Shown piece by piece: positions 9,203 to 19,000 of a stretch of DNA of 52,806 nt. The stretch's first letter is position 1; each line of letters opens with the position of its first letter. A program made the position numbers and the translations under genes. The notes below the pieces were generated by a model. The model ran no database searches and was not told where the DNA came from. It saw nothing but the letters and a program-made list of their open reading frames with translations. This DNA comes from Escherichia virus TH24, in sequence record MT446398.1, one strand, 5' to 3'.

Positions 9203-10651
9203 ATGTCAATCCCAATTTCTGATTTAGTTCAGGTTGATATCGCAATCTCCCCGAACGCCATTGCGACCGATGGTTTTGGGCCATTGCTCTTTATGAGCAA
9301 AGAGTTTGTACCGACCGTTGATGTATATCCGGTTCGTTCCTATACCAGTTTGAAAGAAGTTCTCGCAGACTTCCCTGGTGGTGAGATTGCTAAAGCTGCT
9401 ACCTCTTGGTACTCGCAGAAGCCAACTCCGAAGACTTTCCTGGTTGGTGCTATCAAGTACGATACTTTGACTCCAGCAACTCCTGCCACTGTTACTGCTG
9501 CAACTGCTGCTGTATTGGCAACCATTAAGCTGGAAACTGCTGCAACCATGCAGTTAAGTGTTAGCGGTGTTCAGTATGTTACTGACCCGATTGATTTCTC
9601 TGCTGCTGCTGACTTCGAAGAAGTTGCAACTCTAGTAACTACTGCACTATCTTCTGTTGGTGCTGGCGTAACTGTTACCCAGGAAGCTGGCAAGTTCAAG
9701 CTGACCACTTCTGCAACTGGCATCAACGCAACTATCAGCAACGTTGGTGGTAAAGTTGGTGAAGTGTTGAAGCTGCAATCTTCTGACAGTGCAGTTATTG
9801 TTGCTGGTAAGAACGAGCTATCCATCTCTTCCGACCTGTCTAATATTGCAGACGCTCCATTCAACTTCTTCTATGTAGGCCTTGACCGCCAGTATCGTGG
9901 CAAAACCTCTCCAGTAGACAACCAAATGTCTGTGGCGAAGTGGTGTGAAGCATCCAGCAAAGTATTTGGCTGGGGTGATAACGACAAGAACATTCTTATC
10001 AACGGCACTGATAACAGCTTCCGTCGTGCTAAGAACCAGAACCTGCGTAACACTCTGTGTGTTTACGATGCTTCTGCGAATGGTGATGAATATCCGGAAA
10101 TTTCTATCCTGGGTCGTGCATCAACTGTTAACTTTAACGTTGCAAACTCTGTTCTTATTCTGGCATACAAGAAAGGTCCAGGTATCGCCACTGCTGACCT
10201 GTCTTCTGGTCAGGTAAGTGCGCTGCTTTCTTGTGGTGGTAACGCATTCATTTCTGTTGCTGGCAACGTAATGTTCTACAACGGTCGTATGGCTGACGGC
10301 ACATGGTTCGACTCCGTACAAGGTGTTGAATGGCTGACTCAGAAAGTTCGACTGAACGTGTTCAACTTGTTCTACACTTCCACTACCAAGATTCCTTGGA
10401 CGGACACTGGTGTAGCAATGGTTAACCAGCAAGTAACTCTGGCGCTTGAACTCGCTAAGACTAACGGCCTCATTGCCCCTGGCTTTGATAACGAAGGTGT
10501 CTTCTATCCAGAAGGCTACAAAGTTATCTCTACTCCGTTAGAACTCTTGCAGTCGCAGAAGGGTGAACGTATTTGGGAAGGTACTTCCTTTATTGCTATC
10601 GGTTCCGGTGCAATCCAGGGTGCTGTAATCTCTGGCAACTTCATTCAGTAA
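9203..10651 (+). CDS. Tail sheath protein (putative)
   Basis: 482 aa, immediately upstream of tube, chaperone and tape-measure genes. Confidence 0.55.
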   Translation: MSIPISDLVQVDIAISPNAIATDGFGPLLFMSKEFVPTVDVYPVRSYTSLKEVLADFPGGEIAKAATSWYSQKPTPKTFLVGAIKYDTLTPATPATVTAATAAVLATIKLETAATMQLSVSGVQYVTDPIDFSAAADFEEVATLVTTALSSVGAGVTVTQEAGKFKLTTSATGINATISNVGGKVGEVLKLQSSDSAVIVAGKNELSISSDLSNIADAPFNFFYVGLDRQYRGKTSPVDNQMSVAKWCEASSKVFGWGDNDKNILINGTDNSFRRAKNQNLRNTLCVYDASANGDEYPEISILGRASTVNFNVANSVLILAYKKGPGIATADLSSGQVSALLSCGGNAFISVAGNVMFYNGRMADGTWFDSVQGVEWLTQKVRLNVFNLFYTSTTKIPWTDTGVAMVNQQVTLALELAKTNGLIAPGFDNEGVFYPEGYKVISTPLELLQSQKGERIWEGTSFIAIGSGAIQGAVISGNFIQ

Positions 10652-10660
10652 GGGTGAACA

Positions 10661-11116
10661 GTGAAGCAATATTCGTTTTATAATACAGACCTCCTGATTG
10701 ACGGTGCTCGTGTAGACGGTTTTCAGGCTGGACAATCTGTAATTACGGCACGCTACAACGTGCCACAGCATGTTCCTGTCATGGATGCATACGGCAAACT
10801 TGCTGTAGCAACCACTGCCGACCAGTCTGGGGTTATCACTTTCCCACTGCTGCAAACGGCAGACTGGAACGAAATCCTTTACCAACGTGCACAGCTTACT
10901 CGTGCAACTGGTTTGTCTGGTAACAAATCCCTCTGGGAACCTTTGCAGTTGCAATTGGTTGACAAGATGGGTGACGTACTGGTTAACGGTGTCAACGGTG
11001 CAATTCTGCAACAGCCAGCAATCGTTCGTGGTGTAACCTTCACTTCGAATATGTGGGCTGTGTTTGTAGAACGCCTCACCATCGTAACTGGCCAGTATCC
11101 AGAAATCGGCGTTTAA
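10661..11116 (+). CDS. Tail tube protein (putative)
   Basis: 151 aa between sheath and chaperone genes; GTG start with AGGGTGA RBS. Confidence 0.5.
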   Translation: MKQYSFYNTDLLIDGARVDGFQAGQSVITARYNVPQHVPVMDAYGKLAVATTADQSGVITFPLLQTADWNEILYQRAQLTRATGLSGNKSLWEPLQLQLVDKMGDVLVNGVNGAILQQPAIVRGVTFTSNMWAVFVERLTIVTGQYPEIGV

Positions 11117-11130
11117 TATAAGGTAAGAGC

Positions 11131-11589
11131 ATGGCTTGTGAACTTCGCCAACGCGAGTTGCAAGCCGACTCTGGTGAGATAGTTTTGGTTGGTACACGAC
11201 AACTCGGTGCCAGCCAAGCCCTTGACCTCCAAGTCGAGCTTGTTCAGAAACTCGGTATTTCGATATTCCCATTCGTTGAGAACAAATATAACTTTGCAGA
11301 CATTATTCATTTGATGCAGCAGGGTGGAACTCATACGGAAGTAACAGAATTAATTAAACGTGTAGTGTGTATGGCGACCATTGATGGTGTCGAAGTTAAT
11401 CCACGCACTATGCAGATGAAGTACAACGGCAATTTAATGCTCATGCACCATGTGTTTGCATTTGTTCTTGAATCGAACTTCCTTGATTTTTTCAAGCAAG
11501 GGCTCGAACTCAACGAACGCAGACAATTGGAGGCGGTGGAAGCATCCAAAATGGCCGAGCAGAAGAATTCGAGTCCGGAAACGATTTAA
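11131..11589 (+). CDS. Tail assembly chaperone (short, unshifted product)
   Basis: 152 aa between tube and tape-measure genes; contains slippery TTTTTTC at 11487-11493. Confidence 0.55.
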   Translation: MACELRQRELQADSGEIVLVGTRQLGASQALDLQVELVQKLGISIFPFVENKYNFADIIHLMQQGGTHTEVTELIKRVVCMATIDGVEVNPRTMQMKYNGNLMLMHHVFAFVLESNFLDFFKQGLELNERRQLEAVEASKMAEQKNSSPETI

Positions 11590-11765
11590 CTCAGAAGTTC
11601 CCGGAAATAAAATACTTCCTGCACCGTCCTGTAATAGAGGACAGTTCTCTCTGTTCTCTTAAAGAACTCTCGGACGGGACCTACTCTATTATGGATTTGT
11701 TAACTTTCCACGCAATACTTGATTTGCGTAATGAACTAAAACCTAAAGAAGAAGACAATGGCTAA
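11487..11765 (+). CDS. Tail assembly chaperone -1 frameshift extension
   Basis: The -1 frame has TGA at 11484-11486, then stays open 93 codons from the T_TTT_TTC heptamer to TAA 11763-11765, spanning the apparent intergenic gap and overlapping the next ATG. Confidence 0.5.
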   Translation, partial: FFQARARTQRTQTIGGGGSIQNGRAEEFESGNDLTQKFPEIKYFLHRPVIEDSSLCSLKELSDGTYSIMDLLTFHAILDLRNELKPKEEDNG

Positions 11766-14700
11766 GAACTTAAAAGATTTAATGAAGCTATCCGAGGCCG
11801 AACTAATCGGCATGGGTGCTCAGTACGGTCTGTCCTTCAATCCTGGTATGCGCAAACGAGATATGGCCCAGCAACTTGAATCGAGTGCTGCGTCAGGTTG
11901 GATGGAAACAAATTCACAGCTTTTGGGCGAACCAGATTCCCAGATGTATGAGGATGAAACTTCATACGGGACTTCTGATATGATTTCAGATGCAGCACAT
12001 GTAGCACAGATGATTTCTGGCGCTGGGCTGGCTGAAACATTCCATGCTGCAATGAACGGACCAGGACACCATGTAGAAGCAGTTCACGCATACATGGAAC
12101 AACTTGGTGTATCCACTGATGATGTTTGGATGCACATGCCTAAAGCCAACCCCAACAAGCCGGAAGGTCATTGGGGAATGCTTAACTCGTACATGCGAGA
12201 TACTCTTGCAGGTCATCAAGATATAATGCCTGAACTTGCCGGACACTACACCGGTAATATTATGGATGAATATTCCACAAACCGTGGAGATATTGCCAAG
12301 TCATTTGGTTATCTTGCTCACATGTATGTTGACCGTGAACAATACGACAACCCAGACCGCTATGCACGAGATGTTTATCGTGTAGCCAAACGTTTAGAAT
12401 CAGAATTACCGCAAAACTTCCGAGAAGTTGCTGCCGTATCTGCAATGAATGTAGGAAATAAGTCGGGGCCAAAACTTTCATACATGGATTCGTTGCCTCA
12501 ACTTGGCTCTGAATCTGTTGTTGGTGGGATTCAGCATCCCCGTCAACCTCTTAACGCATCTGGTTTACCTCTTGGTTCGTTTGGTGGCGGCATTAAGGCT
12601 GAATATTCTTTATCTGCATCCTTATCTGGTTCTCCAGGTTGGTCTGATGCAAGCAAAACGCTCTACCAAGATGTTTCTGGCGTAGTTAAATCTGCGGCAA
12701 AGGTTTATTCTGGTGGTGCTGAAAGAGGAATGAATGCATATCGCACTCAATCTTCTGACAGAGATTTAATCCTGGACTCTGCTTCTCGTTATGCAGACAT
12801 TGCAGATGTTCGTTCCGGTTACGATAACCTTAAGAAAGATATTGGTGACGACCCTCGATACTCTGGTTCATCTATTCGTGGCGTTCTTGAGAATGCTCAC
12901 CAATATAATGAGGCAGAAGTCGCTCGAACATTCGACCCTGCTGAACGTTTAAGGAATACTGGACCTGTAGAACTGAGTCCCTCTACAGAGTTTCTTGCAC
13001 AACTTGATTCTCCAACAAGTTGGAACTCTGCTCGCGCCCGTCGCGAGAGCATTGCTATATCTAATTTGGACTCTGCTCCACAACCAGCTCCGCAAGAAGG
13101 TCCAATCCGTTATCACAACATGGAACAGGGCACTCAGGAATGGTTAGACTTCCGCAAGCAATATGACATTACTGGCTCAACTGTCGGTTCATTTCTTGGT
13201 AACAATGAATATACTCGACCTTGGGCTGCAATGGTTGATAAAATTGGCCTACAACGCGGAAAGGGGCCAAGTGAATTTACCCAACGAATGTTCGAAGCAG
13301 GTCATCGGACGGAAGAAGTTGCTCGTAACCGTGTCGCCAAAGAGTTTGGATTCGACATTGAGCAAGCTGGCGCAATAACAAATGACAATTATCCGTCGTT
13401 CATGTATTCCCCAGATGGCCTTATCGGTGATGACGCGATTTGGGAACACAAGAACCCTGAAAGGGCTAAGAAGTTTTCTAACCTATCTGCTGGTGAGCAT
13501 AAGGATTACCTCGACCAAATTCAATTTGGTATGCTTGTATCTGGCCGTAGTCGTGCATTGTTCTCTCAGACAATCGGAGACAAGACGGTATCGGAATGGA
13601 TTGAGAAAGACGAGGGATGGTACGAACGCAACAAAGATAAGATTGATTCTACTATTGGTCGTCTTAATGCTGGTCGAGAGTTTGTTGAAGCTAATTCAGA
13701 CTTGTCCAATGATGATTTAATCAAAGGTGCTCGTGCTGCAATGACTGGCGATGGCATCTGGAAGGATGTTAAGCAGAAGTCAACGCGTGGTTACTCTGCC
13801 GCTGCTGGTACAGCCGATGACCCATTCATAGGCAACCGTACCAGTGTTGGAGTTGGTGAAGCCACAGCCTCTGCCGTAGGCTCTGACAGCACAACTGGCA
13901 ATGACCTGATGGCAGTATCTGTCAAGAAAGGTATCCTCGCTGCTCAGGAAGAAAACAAGCTGCGCGGACAAGATGCCGACTTCGGGGACAATGGTTGTCG
14001 TGGCGGTGGTGGCGGCTTCTGGGACACCTTCGATGCTAGTAGTTATGGCATTGGTGGAGGTGGTTCCGGTGGCGGTGGCGGTCGTGGTTGGAATACTGGT
14101 GGCAGCTTCTCAGATGACTTCGGTCGTGCTGGTGGCGCATTGGCTGCTGGCGTAGCTGGCGGTAGCATAGGCTCACTATCCAATGGTGCAATGAATGCCC
14201 TCATGATGACTCCGTGGGGACGTGTGGCGGGTATGGCTATCGGTGCTACCCAGATTGGTAACGAGGCGCTCGAAGGTCTGAACGATTTCTACGGAAACTC
14301 TTTAGACGCTGGTGTCAATAACCCTAACGAATATTCTTCCATGTCACAGGGCTTGGAGATGTTAGGGCTTAATCAGCAACAAGCTGGCCGACTCAATCGA
14401 ACCACACATAGTGCCTATAACACCCTCCTAAATGGCGACCCTAGTGGCGCTGTCAACATCGTTCAAGGAACCCGTGGTCTTATCACCATTGGCGACATTC
14501 GTGCGGCACAGGGCGACCCTGTAGCCTTAGCGCGGGTAATGCGTGAACGTGGTCAGGAGCGGGGCTGGAGTCAGGCTCGTATCGCTGGGGCTATGGAGAT
14601 GGCAGGTCTGGATGGCATGGCTCGCGCCTATGACCGCACAGATTACAGCGTGAACGAGGCTCAGGAGAACGTAAGCCGTGGAGCCAGCTCACAGTATGCC

Positions 14701-15435
14701 GATGGTATTGCACAGCTAGGAATAGCGCAGACGGAGCGTGCTGGGGTGCTGCCAGGATACGCAGTCCCGCAAGCTGCAATATCCTACGGGAGTTCATTTA
14801 TCGAAGCAGGTGGAGATGCGGCCAGAGTAGCGCGTACAGCGTCAAATGGTTTAGCTGATACTACCAGAACGGTATATGACTTTATCGCAGGAGAAGAGTC
14901 AGGGAACCGCGATTTGAACGCAGATGGTTCGGTGGTTACATCTCCGACTGGTGCCAAAGGTCGTATGCAGGTTCTTGATTCAACTTCCCGTGACCCAGGA
15001 TTCGGCGTTAAACCTGCACGTGATAACTCACTGGAAGAGCGTGCTCGCGTTGGTCGTGACTACTACGATGCAATGCTCAAGCGTTATAATGGTGACGCTG
15101 AGAAGGCTATGGCGGCGTATACGGATGGTGCTGGAACTGTTGATGATGCTATCAACAAACACGGAACCGACTGGCTCAATGCTGTTCCTCTACAGGCACA
15201 GAACCGCGTCAAGAAGTACCGTGAATGGGCTTCTCAGGGCGATTCTATTGCAGAAGGTGCAACTGGCTTCACCAGAAATGGACTGTCTTATGGTCAGACA
15301 CAGGCCACTGTAGTTAACGTTGAAGTCAAAGCTACTGTGAACAATAAGCAAGCGTCTGCAACCGTGTCAACTCCGAACGGTCAAACTGTTACCCAAACAA
15401 TCAACATGGGTAATGGTGCAATGGAACGTAGATAA
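11758..15435 (+). CDS. Tape-measure-position multidomain virion protein with YqaJ-like nuclease and lytic transglycosylase domains
   Basis: 1225 aa. EQGTQEWLDFRKQYDITGS...SPDGLIGDDAIWEHK...YLDQIQFGMLVSG (PD-(D/E)XK YqaJ-like, ~13120-13700); Gly-rich stretch; C-terminal GEESGNRD...GAKGRMQV...AAYTDG (SLT-like, ~14880-15250). Confidence 0.7.
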   Translation: MAKNLKDLMKLSEAELIGMGAQYGLSFNPGMRKRDMAQQLESSAASGWMETNSQLLGEPDSQMYEDETSYGTSDMISDAAHVAQMISGAGLAETFHAAMNGPGHHVEAVHAYMEQLGVSTDDVWMHMPKANPNKPEGHWGMLNSYMRDTLAGHQDIMPELAGHYTGNIMDEYSTNRGDIAKSFGYLAHMYVDREQYDNPDRYARDVYRVAKRLESELPQNFREVAAVSAMNVGNKSGPKLSYMDSLPQLGSESVVGGIQHPRQPLNASGLPLGSFGGGIKAEYSLSASLSGSPGWSDASKTLYQDVSGVVKSAAKVYSGGAERGMNAYRTQSSDRDLILDSASRYADIADVRSGYDNLKKDIGDDPRYSGSSIRGVLENAHQYNEAEVARTFDPAERLRNTGPVELSPSTEFLAQLDSPTSWNSARARRESIAISNLDSAPQPAPQEGPIRYHNMEQGTQEWLDFRKQYDITGSTVGSFLGNNEYTRPWAAMVDKIGLQRGKGPSEFTQRMFEAGHRTEEVARNRVAKEFGFDIEQAGAITNDNYPSFMYSPDGLIGDDAIWEHKNPERAKKFSNLSAGEHKDYLDQIQFGMLVSGRSRALFSQTIGDKTVSEWIEKDEGWYERNKDKIDSTIGRLNAGREFVEANSDLSNDDLIKGARAAMTGDGIWKDVKQKSTRGYSAAAGTADDPFIGNRTSVGVGEATASAVGSDSTTGNDLMAVSVKKGILAAQEENKLRGQDADFGDNGCRGGGGGFWDTFDASSYGIGGGGSGGGGGRGWNTGGSFSDDFGRAGGALAAGVAGGSIGSLSNGAMNALMMTPWGRVAGMAIGATQIGNEALEGLNDFYGNSLDAGVNNPNEYSSMSQGLEMLGLNQQQAGRLNRTTHSAYNTLLNGDPSGAVNIVQGTRGLITIGDIRAAQGDPVALARVMRERGQERGWSQARIAGAMEMAGLDGMARAYDRTDYSVNEAQENVSRGASSQYADGIAQLGIAQTERAGVLPGYAVPQAAISYGSSFIEAGGDAARVARTASNGLADTTRTVYDFIAGEESGNRDLNADGSVVTSPTGAKGRMQVLDSTSRDPGFGVKPARDNSLEERARVGRDYYDAMLKRYNGDAEKAMAAYTDGAGTVDDAINKHGTDWLNAVPLQAQNRVKKYREWASQGDSIAEGATGFTRNGLSYGQTQATVVNVEVKATVNNKQASATVSTPNGQTVTQTINMGNGAMERR

Positions 15436-15440
15436 GAAAG

Positions 15441-15469
15441 TGCCGGGATTCGTCTCGGCATTCTTCTTT
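15441..15469 (+). terminator. Rho-independent terminator
   Basis: TGCCGGGA-ttcg-TCTCGGCA stem-loop followed by TTCTTCTTT. Confidence 0.5.
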
Positions 15470-15510
15470 AATATTATTTGAATATGTATTAATTTCAATA
15501 GGTGTATAAC

Positions 15511-16608
15511 ATGCCGTGGATGCGTGGTATAGAGATAGTTGTCTCAAGAAAGGATGACCCAGAAACCAAGTCTGTGTTTAAAGCGCACAAGATTGATTTC
15601 ACCATCCGGTCAACTGTTGGTTGGCCAGCAGATACTGCCGATATTACTCTATACAACCTGGGCGTCGATGAAGTTAAGTTCCTTCAAGACAAGTCTTATG
15701 GTGATATGTATGTTGAAATTCGTGCAGGATACTATGAAGACGAGCGTATTGTTAATGCTGGTCATAGTAAGTATCAAAGCCCAAGCCAGGCTGATTCGGA
15801 AGTAAGGGTTGAAATTGGCCAAGTCCTGCCAACAATCTTCTCTGGCATAGTAACAAACGCAGTTGGATTCAGACGTCCTCCAGAACACGTAACACAATTG
15901 TTTTGTATCTCCAAAGCCTATGGTGCATCTACTGAATTTACTCAGATGAAAGATATTCCAAATGGTGCAACTTTGGAAGACGCCATTCGTTCTATGTGTG
16001 CAGACTATGGCTTCTCCACCATTTCATCTTTTGGTGTTGAAGAATCTGTATTCAAATCTCAGTTGAAGTTGGGTCGAGTATTCCATGACACATTCTTGGA
16101 AGAGTTCCGAACCCTGCTTGGAGAATACAATTTACTATTCTCTGTAACCACTGGTGAGATTCAAATCTTCCCAGATACCTACGGCAACAAAGATGCTGTA
16201 GATAGAATGTCAAAAGACCGTGAACCAATCAAGCTGGATGCCAACCAGGTTATTGGAAACCCTATTGCTGGAATTGCAACATACTCCTTGAATACATTTC
16301 TGAATGCCAGTTATCAACCAGGTATGATTCTGGATGTATCTCCTTTGCTGGGAGAACAATTGCTGGCGAATGGTGTTACTTCTGTAACTGGAAAGGGTGT
16401 TGTTCTTAACACAGACCAAAGCGTGTTCCGTTGGGCGATGGAAGATAAATACTTCATCACAGAAGTTGTCCACCATGGCTCAACCCATGAAACTGTTTTC
16501 CAAACAACCATCACTGCAATGCTTGGTGGCAATACTGCAATGGGCGGTAAAGAAGCGGCTTGGCAGCAAGCCTACTTAAACAGTGGAATGGCTATGGAGT
16601 CTTTCTAA
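15511..16608 (+). CDS. Tail or baseplate protein (putative)
   Basis: ATG 15511 with AGGTG RBS (track start 15502 is GTG); first gene after the tape-measure-position gene. Confidence 0.5.
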   Translation: MPWMRGIEIVVSRKDDPETKSVFKAHKIDFTIRSTVGWPADTADITLYNLGVDEVKFLQDKSYGDMYVEIRAGYYEDERIVNAGHSKYQSPSQADSEVRVEIGQVLPTIFSGIVTNAVGFRRPPEHVTQLFCISKAYGASTEFTQMKDIPNGATLEDAIRSMCADYGFSTISSFGVEESVFKSQLKLGRVFHDTFLEEFRTLLGEYNLLFSVTTGEIQIFPDTYGNKDAVDRMSKDREPIKLDANQVIGNPIAGIATYSLNTFLNASYQPGMILDVSPLLGEQLLANGVTSVTGKGVVLNTDQSVFRWAMEDKYFITEVVHHGSTHETVFQTTITAMLGGNTAMGGKEAAWQQAYLNSGMAMESF

Positions 16609-17510
16609 TGGCATTAATTGATACAAGTCTTTTAGGGGATGGATTGTCATCCCTGTCAAAAGCATTTAGCTACGGGCATAACCCGTCTGTAATCATGTGG
16701 TCAAATGGCCCATCGGTTCAGAAAGAAGATGAAGGATTGTTTGGTAAAGCCTTTGGCGGCATTGCCAAGACAATGGAATCTCTTGTCGTTTCTTCGGTTC
16801 CAGAGAGCTTCAACTCTTTCAAGTTTGATGCAATGGTTAGTGAAGAGCACGATGCTCAATCAATCGTTACCAAGTTCCCTGTAAGTTCGGGCTTCATGGT
16901 CAGTGACCACATCATCAAACAGAACCGAATCTTAAAGCTAACTGCTGTTGCAACAAACATGCAGAACGCCGCAATGTGGACTGCTTCTGTTCAGGGTTTA
17001 TCTGTTGCCACTGGTGCAATCTTTAACAACCCAATCATCCCAATCATTGGTGCTGCTGCTGGCGCTGTTGCCTCTGCATTTGAAACAAGCAACCGAATCC
17101 AGTCTACTTATGATTTGTTCAACAACTTCCGTTCGACCGGAACCAAGCTGTACATCTCCACCATCATTGGGCCTTATTTGAATTGCGTAGTAACGGGCAT
17201 TCGAACAAAGACCGACAAGATGACTTCTGCAATCCTGGCTGTTGAAGTTACGCTGGAAGAGTTGCAAGTTATCGGTGAAGATGTTCTGGCAATAGAGGCC
17301 CGTAAAGCAATGCAGTCCATGACAGACTATTCAGAGTTTGGGAAGATTGCTCAAAGTGCTGGAATAGGTGCTCTCGGTGGTGCTGGTATAACTCTCCCAG
17401 GTCTGGGTGCAGTTGGTGCTACGGCAGTGAGTCAACTTGGTACGTTGAAAGATAAACTTGCCAAACTTGAATCCCCACTGTCCTCGGTTAAAGGAAGGCT
17501 GTTCAAATGA
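16608..17510 (+). CDS. Baseplate hub-like protein (putative)
   Basis: ATG overlaps the upstream stop (TAATG); position within the baseplate cluster. Confidence 0.5.
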   Translation: MALIDTSLLGDGLSSLSKAFSYGHNPSVIMWSNGPSVQKEDEGLFGKAFGGIAKTMESLVVSSVPESFNSFKFDAMVSEEHDAQSIVTKFPVSSGFMVSDHIIKQNRILKLTAVATNMQNAAMWTASVQGLSVATGAIFNNPIIPIIGAAAGAVASAFETSNRIQSTYDLFNNFRSTGTKLYISTIIGPYLNCVVTGIRTKTDKMTSAILAVEVTLEELQVIGEDVLAIEARKAMQSMTDYSEFGKIAQSAGIGALGGAGITLPGLGAVGATAVSQLGTLKDKLAKLESPLSSVKGRLFK

Positions 17511-17869
17511 CAGAACAACAAGCACTGCAAGAAATATTATCACTACTCCCACCGGGATATGTGAAGACTGTTCCATACGATATCTCAAAGGATGTATCTT
17601 TTGAGTTCCGTGGAATCACAGTCAAAATGTCTGCATTGTATTTAAACGAGTATTTGAACTGTTATATGTTTGACCTTGCTTGGGGTTCCTCCGAAAAGAT
17701 TTATGGAATCCCTATTCGTGGTGGTATTGATATTCTTAAACAATACAGTACACCACTGCCGAACATGTACGTTACGAATACTGTAAGCCCAGGAGAAGAG
17801 GTTTACACTTGGCGACAAATGTTTCTCTTCATCGTAGATGCGAGTGTACTTGAACGTGGCGAGTCATAA
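17507..17869 (+). CDS. Hypothetical baseplate protein
   Basis: 120 aa, ATGA overlap with upstream stop. Confidence 0.5.
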   Translation: MTEQQALQEILSLLPPGYVKTVPYDISKDVSFEFRGITVKMSALYLNEYLNCYMFDLAWGSSEKIYGIPIRGGIDILKQYSTPLPNMYVTNTVSPGEEVYTWRQMFLFIVDASVLERGES

Positions 17870-18629
17870 CAACGATGTAAAGTCTGCAACTGTTAACACA
17901 GGATACCCAGGCCATATTTACAACTTCGATGCTGTAACTCAAACATGTGAGGTACAGCTTGCAATCGAAAACTTATTCACAGGCTACACCAATGCCTACA
18001 CCCTGGAGAAGAAGAAGCGGCTCAGAAATGTTCCCGTGCAATTCATTCAGGGTGGTGGCTGGAGTTTAACGCATCCAGTCCCGGATGGTACTCCTTGCTA
18101 TGTTCATTTTGCTCAACGTGGAATCGAACATTGGCTGGCAGAGAATAAAGATTCTGCTGGCATGGTTGGTGGAAGACCTGCCCCAGCATTCAGTCAACTG
18201 TTCTCTCACAACTCTGCTGTGTGCATTATTGGGACACAACCAATTCCAGGTGCAATACCAGGATTTAATGCAGGAGTTGCTGAACTCCGAAATGCAAGTC
18301 GTGACCAACGTCTGACTCTTCATGGTGACGGAAAGGTAGAACTTATCACTGGTGCTGCAAAGATTACAATCACGAAAGATTCGGAGATAGTAATTGAAGC
18401 GACAGAAAAAGCGTCTGTTATCGCGCCGCAAATCCTTTTGGATGGTGACACTACAGTTACCAAATCACTTACAGTCCTCGGTGGAATGTCAGTGTCAGGC
18501 GGCAGTGGTGGAACAATGTCCATTACAGGCGACATGGTTCAACAAGGTACGTTCACCATTAACGGGGTCACGGTTAACGAACACACTCACACTAACCCAG
18601 AAGGCGGCGATGTAGGGCCGATGAAATAA
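17838..18629 (+). CDS. Baseplate central spike (gpV-like, putative)
   Basis: 263 aa; C-terminal Gly/Ser-rich beta-helix-like stretch ending NEHTHTNPEGG, as in spike tips. Start ambiguous (ATG 17838, GTG 17844 or 17856). Confidence 0.5.
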   Translation: MRVYLNVASHNNDVKSATVNTGYPGHIYNFDAVTQTCEVQLAIENLFTGYTNAYTLEKKKRLRNVPVQFIQGGGWSLTHPVPDGTPCYVHFAQRGIEHWLAENKDSAGMVGGRPAPAFSQLFSHNSAVCIIGTQPIPGAIPGFNAGVAELRNASRDQRLTLHGDGKVELITGAAKITITKDSEIVIEATEKASVIAPQILLDGDTTVTKSLTVLGGMSVSGGSGGTMSITGDMVQQGTFTINGVTVNEHTHTNPEGGDVGPMK

Positions 18630-19000
18630 TGGCTGGAAACTTACTATTAGATTCTAACCACGATATTATTATTGGTCGTGGTGCAACCAGGGTTGGTGGT
18701 GTAGAAGAAGTTGCTCAAATAGTTAAGTGCAGATTACTGACGGTGTTCGGAGAATGGAAACATGACCCGTCCACTGGTCTTCCTTGGTTTGAGGGAATCT
18801 TCACTAAGACTGTTCGAACTGCTGACATTGAGGCAGCTATTGCCAACGTCATTCGAAGCACTCCTGGTGTTCAACAACTTATCTCTATAAATATTGATGC
18901 TGATTTCCGTGAGCGTGAAGTAAGAATTTCATTCATTGCTATCTCCGATTATGGGAATCTTGAGGATTACTTAACATGGCAACAATCCAGTACGGCGTGA
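18629..19000 (+). CDS. Baseplate wedge protein (gpW/gp25-like, putative)
   Basis: 123 aa, TAATG coupling, position between spike and gpJ-like genes. Confidence 0.5.
   Translation: MAGNLLLDSNHDIIIGRGATRVGGVEEVAQIVKCRLLTVFGEWKHDPSTGLPWFEGIFTKTVRTADIEAAIANVIRSTPGVQQLISINIDADFREREVRISFIAISDYGNLEDYLTWQQSSTA

Noticed and set aside
10538-11272. 244-aa minus-strand ORF spanning the sheath/tube/chaperone junctions
   Set aside because: Crosses three + strand genes that have RBSs and translational coupling; no RBS of its own.
11450-11662. +1 frame ORF overlapping the chaperone 3' end as an alternative frameshift product
   Set aside because: The -1 frame fits the known chaperone frameshift much better (canonical TTTTTTC, stop just before it, 93-codon extension up to the next gene); the +1 extension is short with no shift site.
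13973-14155. Alternative-frame ORFs within the Gly-rich region of the tape-measure-position gene
   Set aside because: Low-complexity GGN repeats keep several frames open by chance; the long frame is continuous and motif-supported.
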